64,000 nucleotides of DNA from an uncultured virus (IMG/VR IMGVR_UViG_3300025296_001443) (taxonomy: Duplodnaviria > Heunggongvirae > Uroviricota > Caudoviricetes), in IMG/VR virus record IMGVR_UViG_3300025296_001443, one strand, 5' to 3'. Positions 39,621 to 50,286 of this stretch are shown piece by piece. The notes beneath the pieces were generated by a model that saw only the letters and a program-made list of their open reading frames with translations, made no database searches and was not told the DNA's origin. The stretch's first letter is position 1. Each line of letters opens with the position of its first letter. Made by a program: the position numbers and the translations under genes.

Positions 39621-40070
39621 CTACTGAATGTTGTGGTCCTTTGCAATCTTGTCTAGGTATGAGGACATCTCATCAGCGTTCATAGCATCAAGTGTTGAGT
39701 GTTGTACTTCTTTCTTCTCAATCAAAAACCCTAATAACTGCGACTTCAATCTTATCGCATTGACTGCGGCTGAATACTGCTTCTTGCCACAAGCATCAGC
39801 ATACACTTTGTCAAGCTTTTCAACCTCTTGTGACACAGACTCACTTGTCAAGCGCCTAGCATCAACCCTCAATCTATCGATGTACTGGATAAGTTTATCC
39901 TTCTTTAAGTTGCGGGCAGCTTGTACGTGAGCTGAAGTTTCAGAATAACCTGCGTCAACAGCAGCGTTTCTCTTACCTTTTCCACTAGCTATACCCTCAC
40001 AGAACTTCTTTTCCATGTGGGTTAAGGTTGCCTCATTTGTTTGATGTAATTGGTTAATAGTTATCGCCAT
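39621..40070 (-). CDS. terS: Terminase small subunit
   Basis: LT..EKKFC, AAVDAGYSE.SA.V.A.RNLK HTH, AAVNAIRLK.QLLG. Confidence 0.8.
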   Translation of the reverse strand: MAITINQLHQTNEATLTHMEKKFCEGIASGKGKRNAAVDAGYSETSAHVQAARNLKKDKLIQYIDRLRVDARRLTSESVSQEVEKLDKVYADACGKKQYSAAVNAIRLKSQLLGFLIEKKEVQHSTLDAMNADEMSSYLDKIAKDHNIQ

Positions 40071-40363
40071 ATTTATCCTAATATAGCGATTATTTCAACA
40101 ATGTAAATTAAAGATTACAAGCCTTAATTATATCTTTATCTTCGAAGTAGTGATCATGAAATTCTCTTCCCTCATTCATAATATATAAATAATAACTACC
40201 AAGGTTACTATCGTGATTTAATTCGAAAGTCCCTACCTTTTTATTATTATAATAGATATTACCTTTTTCTTCATCGTAAGAAGTTTTATCTACCACTCCA
40301 CCTTTTTTATTTTTAAGTATAAACATTTTATTCTCCTTTTTAGTTATTTTTAATTAATTTAAA

Positions 40364-40392
40364 AATATAGAATAGATAACAATATTAAACAA
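40364..40392 (-). promoter_or_regulatory. Sigma70-like promoter
   Basis: TTGTTT-17 bp-TATATT. Confidence 0.65.
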
Positions 40393-40693
40393 TATTAAAA
40401 AGTTTCTATTATAAAATAAGTATGATAAAATACTATTTCATCTGGGTTTAATTTAGTTTTAAAAGCAATAGTAGTCCAATATTTATTATCGTAAAATTCT
40501 GAAATAGTTATATTTTTAGATTCATCGTAATAAATAGTTAAAATAGTATCGTCTATATTGTTATTATATATTGCTATCTTATTTTTTTCGTTATAAGTGG
40601 CGTCAAATGTCTCTCCTAGGCATTTTTCTTCCAAGGACTCTATATATTTTTTAGTATTCATAAGTTCTCCTTTCTATATTTATTTATTTTAAA

Positions 40694-40722
40694 TATATAG
40701 AAAGAAGAACAATATTAAACAA
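40694..40722 (-). promoter_or_regulatory. Sigma70-like promoter
   Basis: TTGTTT-17 bp-TATATA; shares TTGTTTAATATTGTT with the 40364-40392 element. Confidence 0.6.
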
Positions 40723-41488
40723 CTATCGTTTTATTTTGACTTGTGCGTCTACTCTTTGAATGTTAGTATTTATTTGCTTTTGTAACTCTCTATGCATATT
40801 ATCGATATGCTCCATAGCTTTATATCTCTTTCCTGCTTCATCAGTATTACTTTTCTCTCTATGGATAAGAGCATCAGCAAGTATTATATCGAAACCTTCA
40901 GCAGTAAAGTAAACATCGTAACCTCTATAAATAGCCCGATGAGTAATTACTCTTAAACCATATTTAGTTAAGTCTTGAGGTTTTTCATTATAATCAGCCT
41001 TATAGATGATATAGTTTTTTCCAAAGTCTTCAAGATACTTTTTCAATTCATCATCTGTAATACTCCCTTCTTCATTCCTTGTTTCTTCTCGTTGTAACCA
41101 AGATAAAGCTACAACATCAGAGATACTATTTTTTGGCATTTAAACCCTCCATTCTAGCCGGTATCACGACTTCGTTATCACATTTATTACAACATACTCC
41201 ACTCTCTTTTACTGGTTGTGGATTAGCCCCAAACTCAGTAAAAAGTTTATTACATATAACACAAGTCTTTTCGTCAAGATTGATTTTATTCTCTTTACAG
41301 AATTTATCAATCAATTCTTCTATCGACCAAGGACTTATATCATCTTCACGAGCCATACGAGATAACATCGAAGTATCTCCCCAACTCCCTTCCATGTAAT
41401 CAGTTTGATATTTAATATCCTTAAATAACATTTTAAGTTTATCTATATCCATAACTTTCTCCTTTTTATTAATTTAACTTAATTTAAA

Positions 41489-41517
41489 AATATAAGAGTA
41501 AAAATCAAGTTAAACAA
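41489..41517 (-). promoter_or_regulatory. Sigma70-like promoter
   Basis: TTGTTT-17 bp-TATATT. Confidence 0.65.
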
Positions 41518-41913
41518 TATTATTCTTTTCTAGCAACATATTTAGACCACATCTCGTATATATTACCTGTATCCATTCGTTTTTCATTATAGAAATCTAC
41601 ATGCCAGATTGTTACCATTAAGTCATTATCTTGAAACCAAATATCATAACGATAATCTAAATCACCATGTCTATGTGGTCCTTCAGTTAACCTTGCTCCG
41701 CCACGTTTTCCATCTTTGGCAATGCAACAAAAAGCTGCAGCATATTCGTCAGCTTCAAATCGTGGAAATTCCCAAGCTGCCTCTTTGGCTTTACTAATCA
41801 TTTTTAAAGCATTCGAAGGATATCCATCATGATGATAATAAATACTATATGCACCTTCTTTGTCTTTAAATGTATAACATGCTCTAGTTGACATAACTTT
41901 CTCCTTTCTTTAA

Positions 41914-42084
41914 GGGGGTTTGCCCTACTTATCAATTTCGGGTTCCCGCATATTAGTTGCCACCCCCAAAGCTTCCTTTCTAGTTTAGCAGTAGATACCT
42001 GGCAGAACTCCTCTAGGGTTTTATACTGGCGTCAACAGTATCTACCTATAATAGCCACAGAGATTATAACGAAGTCTGTGGCTA
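41914..42084 (-). ncRNA. Candidate structured RNA/leader (three stem-closed domains)
   Basis: GC-rich intergenic DNA with stems 41914-41919/41962-41967, 41991-41998/42038-42045, 42052-42061/42075-42084. Confidence 0.35.
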
Positions 42085-42131
42085 CTACTACTATTATTAT
42101 AATAATTAAAAATTATCATAATAAAACAAGT

Positions 42132-42494
42132 TTAACTTTTTAATGTGTATGTAGATTTTTCAGATTTTCCACCAGCACCCGGAGCATCAATAACTTCTAC
42201 TGCGATAAAGCCTCTTTCTCTATCCCAATCTAAATCAATTGTCTTTCCCCCTGCTGAAAGGAAATCTCTAATCTTCATGCCATTTTTGTATAAGTTAAAT
42301 CTTCTCCAGCCACCTGATCCTTCTCTTTTAGGATTTTTAGGTACACAGAGTTGAATTTTAGCATCTCTGTCATACTTATAAGTTCCTTTAAAAGTCTTAG
42401 GATCCATAGCTTTAACTTTTGCTTTAGGCTTCACTACTTCAGACTTTTTAGTCTTTAGTGTTACCTTTGGCTTAACAGCTAAATTGATAGACAT
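42132..42494 (-). CDS. Basic protein with Lys-rich N-terminus and NPKR-motif domain
   Basis: KNPKREGSGGWRRFNLYK..M.I.DFLSAGG..IDLDWD...GFI. Confidence 0.7.
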   Translation of the reverse strand: MSINLAVKPKVTLKTKKSEVVKPKAKVKAMDPKTFKGTYKYDRDAKIQLCVPKNPKREGSGGWRRFNLYKNGMKIRDFLSAGGKTIDLDWDRERGFIAVEVIDAPGAGGKSEKSTYTLKS

Positions 42495-42606
42495 ATTTCT
42501 CCTTTCTTTTTTTTATTTATTATCTTAACTTTAACTTGCTAAATATACTATATATACAATAAAATTAAACAATATACATTAAAATTAAGTTCTCACGGCA
42601 GCCTCG

Positions 42607-42880
42607 GGTATTGGTGGTATTGGCATAAAGTAAGCTCCAATACCAGTTATTATCATTGGTATAATTGAAGAGTAGTCGAAAAGGTATTGGTATTGGCTCT
42701 TTTTATATTTTTTCATTTTATTTTTTTCAAAAATATTTTCTATATAGTAAGAATGATATAAAGAATGATTAAAAATATTGCTAAAATTAATTTCCTAAAA
42801 AACCAGAATAACACTTGAATTTCCTTATAATTAGATTAAGTAATTCTTATATATTATAAATTTAGTCTAAATACAAGTAT
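42607..42880. other. Candidate replication origin (iteron-like repeats plus AT-rich tract)
   Basis: GGTATTGG at 42607, 42616, 42683, 42689; inverted CCAATACC at 42637; AT-rich non-coding DNA follows. Confidence 0.4.
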
Positions 42881-42882
42881 CG

Positions 42883-43209
42883 TTATTGCTCGTTCCTATT
42901 TATTTCTAGTACAGATAGAACTCCAGAAATAACATTAGCAGTTCCTGCACTAATAGAAAGAGTTTGGGACTCCTCCAGGATCAAAGGTCCTTTCAACATG
43001 TTTACAGCAGTATTAGTCACTACATCTTCAATCGCTGCATTATAACTTGTGGTCGTATTATTAGCACTTAATGTTACAACAGTATTCGCTCCATTATTAG
43101 TAGTTTGTAAAGTTTTAATAATAGCACGTGTATCAGCAGGTACAGTATATAATAAATTTGTACCAGTATTAGCTAAAGCGAACATTTCATTTTTATAAAT
43201 ATTAGCCAT
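42883..43209 (-). CDS. Small beta-rich virion-type protein (resembles 18157-18513)
   Basis: MANIYKN..FAL..T...LYTVP, PLILEE...L, SVLEI. Confidence 0.6.
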   Translation of the reverse strand: MANIYKNEMFALANTGTNLLYTVPADTRAIIKTLQTTNNGANTVVTLSANNTTTSYNAAIEDVVTNTAVNMLKGPLILEESQTLSISAGTANVISGVLSVLEINRNEQ

Positions 43210-43380
43210 CTAATTTCCTAATAACCACACTTGTCTTTCTCTCTCATCGTTCTGATCTTTAGGGTAAGTAGAGTTTAATATCTTAATCATGTCTTGTAAG
43301 TCTTCAATTAATTGGTTAAAATCATTTTGTTTATACTCTACAGGAGCAGAATTTAATCGTGATGTAGGTATCTTTGCCAT
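43210..43380 (-). CDS. 56-aa virion-type protein
   Basis: Hand translation MAKIPTSRLNSAPVEYKQNDFNQLIEDLQDMIKILNSTYPKDQNDERERQVWLLGN; abuts the next ATG. Confidence 0.55.
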   Translation of the reverse strand: MAKIPTSRLNSAPVEYKQNDFNQLIEDLQDMIKILNSTYPKDQNDERERQVWLLGN

Positions 43381-43529
43381 ATTACTATGGTATTTTAATT
43401 ATCTAATAATGTACAGCGAACTATGTTTTAGTGGTATCGCTATCGTTTGTTAATTCCTGTTCTAGTTTCTTTACCTCTCTTGAGATATTAACCATTTCAA
43501 CAGTAACTGCGCCATTCGCTAGAAATTCA

Positions 43530-46500
43530 CTAGCCCATTTGGCTTCCAAATTTCTTTTCTGGTTCAGTTTTTCTATCAGAGCTACGCTCATATTTATACT
43601 CCTCTATAGTTAGTGAGTTGGCATCTTCGGGAATATAATTTAATTCAGGTTCCCATTTAAATGTGCCCACATGCTCAGACCAGAGAGCCTTTTCAGCTAC
43701 CTCTAAATTGTCAGCCTCGATAAGCCCTTTAGCGTAATAACCACAACGCCTGAACTGAAAATACACTAACATTTAAATTAGGGTTAGCACATTTTATCGT
43801 CTTTGTAAAGTCTATTTATCTAATAAAGGTCGCTCACGAACGTGAGCTTAAAAAATTTTACTTAACAGTGCTAGTGAGCTTAATTTAAAAAAGATGACAA
43901 AAGTGAAGTCTTTTCTTACTTTTTAGAAGGTCTACTACCTATATTATAAGCTATATATAAGCCAATAATAGTGATGAACGATCCTAAAAAAAATAGTAAT
44001 ATTCCGTACCCTATCGTCATTTTAGAGTTTTTATATACTTAATTGCTTTTTCTTTATTAGGAAAAAGTTGAGATTGAAAAAGAGTTTCATTAATTTTTTT
44101 TATTAATCTGGATACTTTTACTTTTCTTGGTTTTTTAGAACCACTTTTAACTTGCCAAATATAATTCATTTTTGATTTTTATATATCTCAAAGAGTCCTT
44201 TTACTCTTACATCTATATCATTAACTTTAGAGTAAAGAGCAACAGGATATTTATTCTTAATGGATTCTAATTTTAATTCATGTATTCTTTCTAACACTTT
44301 ATTAAACTTTAATGAAGTCTTTAAAGATGTTTTCTTATTCAATGCCATGTTTATCTTTCAATTCTTTTGTTGCTAGAACTTCAGAATAATATTCGTCATT
44401 TAATATCTCGCTATATATATCCAAGTCTTGATCTGGTACTACTCCTACATCTTCTTTAAGTACCGCTGAATCTATCGCTTCAACAGCAAAGTCATGAAAT
44501 CTTCGACTTTCTTGAGTCATAAAAGCAGATATTGTTTCTTTTCTTACAGTATCAATATTTATATCTTTTACAAAATACTTTTCTTTTATCTGATCATAAG
44601 TAAGTTTAGGTCCTTCTTCTTTCTTTTCTTCATACTTAACATCGTAAGATTTAATAGTTCCTAATAAACCTAAGCTAGTATCCATTGATAAATCATCAAG
44701 AGCTATATCATCTTCTATCTCCATTTCAGCAGTAACTTTTATTTTTTGTGTCATGTATCTACTCCTGTTCCTTTACACATTTCGCACTCTTCACTTTTAG
44801 TATATGCAACTTTAGTTATATCATTTAAATCATATACATCGCTTTGTATTTTACCTTCTCCATTACAAAAACTACACTCTTCAATTGCAAATAAATCGTG
44901 TGTTATTGGTTTATTTATTATAGGTTTATTCTTCGTCATTATTCTCTAACCAATCTACAAATACCCATAGTCCTATACCTCCACCTATAAAAATTATACC
45001 AGTAGTTACTAACACAGTTATTATTATTATATCATTCATTTTCTTCTTTCTTTTTATTTTTTTCGTACTCAGGGTCGTAATAAGATATTAAATATTTTTT
45101 ATCAATAGTTAAACAATAAATCGCTCCTACTTTATTCCCTTCAAAATATCTATATATCCAAACTTGTCCATTACCTGGTTTATAGTTTTCATTTTCTTTA
45201 TAATAAGAAAATTCCTCAGCTTTATCACTACAAAACTCATAAGGTTTAAGTTCAGTTTCAACTATACCTTTTTCTCCATTAAGGAAAAGAAATACAATTA
45301 AGATTTTTATACTCATTACTGTTGTTGAGAATGATGATAAAGATGTTTTATTATAGTAGAAAAAGGATTTACATCTAAATCCCTAGCACATCCTGTTAAT
45401 AATAAAACTATAATTATTACTCTCATAATGTTACTAACATATATAAAGATAATAAAATGATTAAACTTAGCAATGTAAAAGTAAAGATAAATATAAATTT
45501 CATAAAACTACATTCCAGATTTTCTCATCTGATCTATTTGATCTTCTATTTGGCGAGATAATTTTCTGTTGTCTTCTCTTAATTCACAAATTTCTTTTTT
45601 TAATTCGTAATTCTTTTGTTGTAAAGCTTTCATCTCTGGAGAATTTTGACCTATACCTTTTATAATAGTTAATTCACCTTCAGCCTCTTCTCTTTTCTTT
45701 TTTTCATCTCTCCACATTTCTAGTAAAGTTTCATAACTAGTAGTCATTATTTAATTCTAATCCATAGTTCATTAATTTCTTTCATAATTCCTTTACGATC
45801 AACTATAATATAAGCTATCAATAAAATAAAAAGTATTAACCAGATCATTGAATTGAATACTTAATTCTTTTTCGTTTAATAACAGGATAGCCGTTATTTC
45901 TACACCATTGGTCTTGAATCTTCTCGATCATCTTGGATTCTTCCTGTGCTCCTCCATGTTTATTCTTTTTTTCTTTTAATCTTCGTTCTATTGCTTGTCT
46001 TTTTGATTCTTGATAAGATTCCTCTAATTCTTTTTTCTCCTTCTGTGCTTCATCTAAAAAATCTTTTAGAGTTGAATCTGAATTCAATTTTTCGAATATC
46101 ATTTTTCCTTTAATAATTCATTTATCTCATCTCTTATCTTTCTTAATGCACAATCTCTTTTCCAATCTCTTTCAAAGAAAAACTGTGGATTATTAATATC
46201 TTTTATTTTTTGATCAATGTACACTGAATATCTTTCTGCATACTTTAGTGGAATATAACTTTGATTTCCATGTATCTTTCTTGATCCCCGACCCTTTAGT
46301 CTTATACTATATCTTCCTTTATGTAGATACTTCTTCATTGTTCGAATGAATATCCATCCTTCTATCGAATTAGGAATATCAGTCATAAAGTGTAGACATT
46401 CTCTTTCTCTTTTTTTACGAAGTTGCAACTTAATGTTCGGTGATCTAGGTTCCGAAACTAACCTTAATGCTGCAACAACTTCTGCTTTATTATTATATAT

Positions 46501-48041
46501 AGTCATATCGCTCCTATAAGTAATAATATAATTAATACTTCCATTTTTATACCTTTCTATTTTATAAGTATGGTTGTTTAATTAAAACTACATTTCCCCA
46601 TATATTTCTTCTATTTATATCAGTTTCACTACGAGCATCTTTTGGTACTTCTTGATTATACCAATGCCAATAAGCCCTATAAGCCATCGTTGCTTTTTGA
46701 TTTAATTGAACATTATTTTTACTTAATGCGTTCTCGTCACAAAGCATTTCGTAGTTTTCTCCATCCCATCTAGCTTGAGCTACTTCCACAGTTTTATCGT
46801 GAATTATAGCTCTTACATGCTCCCATTCTATAGGTTTAGCATGCATAAAACTAAAATGGAATCCAGTTTTTAATATTACTATATGTTTAATTATAGACAA
46901 TCGGTTTTACCTCCTCCTCTAATTTAAGTTTTAGTTTTTCGTAAATGGTATTAGGTATATCTAATTGATATAACTCTCCATTCGCATGTTCGAAAAGAAT
47001 ACGCCAACAATCCTCTCTCATCTTAATCGAGAAATGAATTGGCCACTCTTGTCTCTTATCGAATTTTGTAATATCTTCAAAGTCATGACTTTTAAAATGT
47101 CTAGGCCAATTTTTAGTTCTAGCTATTGTATTTGAAAAAATTAAATCACTTCGTTTAATTACTAGATGGCTCATGTATTACTATCCAGTATATCTCTTAA
47201 TTCATCTATATCAGAACCGTCATCGCTAAAATCAGAGACCTCTAAATCGACAGATGCAGCGACTTCTTTATCAGTCATAACCTTATCTTCTTTTTTCCAA
47301 CCATCTGGTGGAGTATTTTCTTTATTAACATCTTTGATTATTTTACTTAACTTTTCTTTCGTCATAATTTTCCTTTCTATTTTTTACTTTATATATTTTT
47401 TTATATTAAAAATATTCCTTAAAAACAAGAAAAAATACTACGATAGATAGTATATAAAAGAGTACAACCTGCTCTATAAAGCTCTCTAAATCACACTATT
47501 TTAGTGGATTGTATACTCTTTCTCTATATCTACTTGATAACGAAGAATTTCATTTTTATATTCAATTACTTCATAATCTAAAAAATTAAACATTTTCATT
47601 TTTCTTATACAGAATTCATAGAACCTATTTACTCTAGGAAAATAAGGTTCACTATCATATTGTGGAAACTCTAATAGTAATTTTTTTTCAGGATTTAATT
47701 TACTTGTATATTTAAATTTAACCCAATAATTTTTTGTGGGTAAACACATTAGTTCAGTAATTAGACTATGATGAGCTTCTTTAAACATCATCTCCTTTTG
47801 GTTTTTCTTTTGGAAAAATAATCTTTTCATCTATACACATAAACTTAATTATAGTTCCATATTTATTAACTTCTTTAGGTCCTATCTCTTTGGCTTTTTT
47901 AATAGCTTCTTCATATCCTGCAATCATACACTCATAGTGAGAATTATATAATTCAGGTAAATGATGAGGAGGTAAACAGCTATTATAGACTGAACTACAC
48001 ATTATCATACTTAATATAAATTTCATTATTCTTTTAAACAC
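43530..48041 (-). other. Cluster of small hypothetical genes (including CxxCxGxG zinc-finger ORF 44751-44939 and DUF3846-like 46562-46900)
   Basis: Densely packed, coupled minus-strand ORFs in the track; CSFCNGEG...CEMCKGTG; MLCDEN...N.KAT...IWGNVVL. Confidence 0.5.
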
Positions 48042-48325
48042 CTCATTATTAAATTTTTAAGAACAGGATTACTTTTAAATATAGTATAATATTGTTCTGT
48101 TAAAGTTGCTACTTTTTCTTCACCATGCAGGCCTACTTCAAAGTCATTTAAAGCCATAATTATATGGAATAATTCATGAAATAAAGTCTTACCAAGTAAT
48201 TGTTTAGTAAGTCCTTTTCGAATAGTTAATGTATTAGTATTGTAAGTATATAAAGCATAGTCATCTATCTTTTTAAAGATGACTTTAGTAATAGTATTTT
48301 TGTATTTAATTTTGGTTAGTTTCAT
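48026..48325 (-). CDS. HEXXH metallopeptidase-like protein
   Basis: TLFHELFH...EE.VA. Confidence 0.6.
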   Translation of the reverse strand: MKLTKIKYKNTITKVIFKKIDDYALYTYNTNTLTIRKGLTKQLLGKTLFHELFHIIMALNDFEVGLHGEEKVATLTEQYYTIFKSNPVLKNLIMRCLKE

Positions 48326-48355
48326 GGGGCCAATCTCCTGGCCCCATTATAACAT

Positions 48356-49099
48356 TTATCTCCCAAGCATTCTACTTTTTGTTTGAGCATTTACTTGAGT
48401 ATTTAGCCCTATTCCATTAGCTTTTGACTGTCCACGGCTATAAGCTACCCTATCTCGAATACTCATTCTAGATTTAGCACTTGTTAAACGAATACCCTTC
48501 TGCTCTAGCCATTTAGTAATAGCCATTTGCTCGTTCTTATAAAGAACTGGTAAACCATCAGGATTACCTTGAGGTATATATGCAGGAACAATCTCATTAT
48601 ACTTATCATTTAATCTCTTTGATAATCTACTAGCTGCTCCTTGTTTAAACGCATGAGACATCTTATTAATACTAGCACGACTACCTGGAACTGCTTTAAA
48701 TTCTTCTGCAGTTAATCGTTCTATTGTATTAATAAAGTATTTACACATTTCTGTAGCTACCAATCTATTAGATTTTCTACCTACAAAAGTAATAACTTTA
48801 ACTTTCCTATAGTGTTTATCTAATTTCATTGTAGTGTAAGTCTTACAGAAATATAGTTTGGCTGTAGAATTTCTTATATAGCCTTTCCATAAATCTCTAT
48901 CGACCTCTACATCTTCGCTATCCATAGGTTCTACTTGATCTTCATCTTTCAAATCGCTAATAGATAGATTGTGTTCTTGAAGTAACTTTTGAGCTTTATC
49001 TGCAGCAAGCATTGCTTCGTTCTCAGAAGCTCCGTTTTCTATAGACATTTTCAAAAGCTTTTGTATTCGCTTTAGAATACTCTCTTTTTCTTCGGGCAT
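48356..49099 (-). CDS. DUF2786-domain protein
   Basis: ILKRIQKLL...SENEAMLAADKAQKLLQEHNLS; F..G...RL; AY.RG...A. Confidence 0.75.
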   Translation of the reverse strand: MPEEKESILKRIQKLLKMSIENGASENEAMLAADKAQKLLQEHNLSISDLKDEDQVEPMDSEDVEVDRDLWKGYIRNSTAKLYFCKTYTTMKLDKHYRKVKVITFVGRKSNRLVATEMCKYFINTIERLTAEEFKAVPGSRASINKMSHAFKQGAASRLSKRLNDKYNEIVPAYIPQGNPDGLPVLYKNEQMAITKWLEQKGIRLTSAKSRMSIRDRVAYSRGQSKANGIGLNTQVNAQTKSRMLGR

Positions 49100-49145
49100 A
49101 TTTCTCCTTTCTTATTATTAGTTGTTATTCTTACTTTATATTATT

Positions 49146-49538
49146 TTAATTCTTATTCGACAAGATTTTCTTTATTGTGTTCCAATCTTTCGCTAGAGCT
49201 TTTTCTTCCCATTCTTCCCGAGTTATACCTTTTGCTAAATCTTCTCCATCACAGCTGTCAAATAAATAAATTTCTTTATCCTTTTTCACAATTATATAGA
49301 CAAGACCTCCATGATAGGTATAAGACTTGTGCCATGCGATTTGCTCTATACTCAGTTTTAGTTTTAATTTGGTTTTTTCTCTTTTGGGGGACCGCAAATA
49401 CTTTCCTTCCAACCAACCAGTTTGACCGTATGAGCAGTAGTGCACATCAGGAATTCCTCGTTCAATCTGTGTCTCAATTCTCTGAATAAAAAAATCGTTT
49501 AATTTTAATCTAATCGTTTGCCAGATTTTCTTTTCCAT
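49146..49538 (-). CDS. Holliday junction resolvase/VRR-NUC-like nuclease
   Basis: EKKIW, RIE....GIPDV, WLEGK, LSIEQIAWH. Confidence 0.7.
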   Translation of the reverse strand: MEKKIWQTIRLKLNDFFIQRIETQIERGIPDVHYCSYGQTGWLEGKYLRSPKREKTKLKLKLSIEQIAWHKSYTYHGGLVYIIVKKDKEIYLFDSCDGEDLAKGITREEWEEKALAKDWNTIKKILSNKN

Positions 49539-50286
49539 TAAACTTACATACCGGGATTGGTTTCATTTTATGTAAATTCTTCTTTCTTATTTTTAAATAT
49601 TTTTGATAATCAGGCTCTATTGGATTATTCATTAAGTATTCTATTTCTGAATAAGACATACCTAATTGATCTACATCTTTTCTTCCGTCATTCCATAAAC
49701 CATCAGTTGGTTGAGCGTTAATAATTTCATCTAATATTTTTAACTCTACAGCCATTTCCCATACTTGAGTTTTAGTACAATCAGCTAGTGGAGAAATATC
49801 AACACCTCCATCTCCATATTTTGTAAAAAAACCTACACCAAAGTCTTCAATTTTATTCCCTGTGCCTATCACAATTCCTTTGGTACTAGCGGATATTTGA
49901 TATAAACACATCATTCTCATTCTTGCTCTTGAATTAGCTAATCCCATTTTATCTGTAAATTTCATATCTATCATTTGATTTTCAAAAGCTAAAAAAGTAT
50001 GTGTTAAATCTATTTCAACACCATAACAATTTTGAAATTTAGTAGTTAACCAATTTTTATGTTTAATAGATAAGTCATGATCTTCGGGCCTTTGAGAAAT
50101 AGGCATTGATGCCACAAGTGTTTTAATTCCAGTTAGTCCACAAATAGTGCTTACTACTGATGAATCAACACCTCCTGATATTCCTATTACTAAACAATTA
50201 GCAGGAGTATCCATACTTTCTACATAATCAATAAGCCATTTTCTAATAAAATTTATTCGCTCAAATGGAGTCATTATTTTTTCCAA
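49510..50286 (-). CDS. nadE: NH3-dependent NAD synthetase-like amidoligase
   Basis: GISGGVDSS, NSRARMRM, GTGNKIE..VGFFTKYGDGGVD, PTDGLW, DQLGMSY, HKM. Confidence 0.88.
   Translation of the reverse strand: MEKIMTPFERINFIRKWLIDYVESMDTPANCLVIGISGGVDSSVVSTICGLTGIKTLVASMPISQRPEDHDLSIKHKNWLTTKFQNCYGVEIDLTHTFLAFENQMIDMKFTDKMGLANSRARMRMMCLYQISASTKGIVIGTGNKIEDFGVGFFTKYGDGGVDISPLADCTKTQVWEMAVELKILDEIINAQPTDGLWNDGRKDVDQLGMSYSEIEYLMNNPIEPDYQKYLKIRKKNLHKMKPIPVCKFNGKENLAND

Larger units (their letters stand above)
40108..41894 (-). other. Small early genes (40108-40326, 40395-40661, 40723-41139, 41126-41452, 41520-41894)
   Basis: Most have an AAAGGAGAA RBS; 41126-41452 carries a CxxC...CCxxC zinc motif; 41520-41894 begins MSTRA...YYHHDGYP, a pattern common in phage proteins. 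Confidence 0.65.

Noticed and set aside
41914..41967. c-di-GMP-I riboswitch or hammerhead (GGGCAAACC, GAAA, TGATAAG fragments)
   Set aside because: Order and spacing of the fragments do not fit either consensus; kept only as an unclassified structured element.
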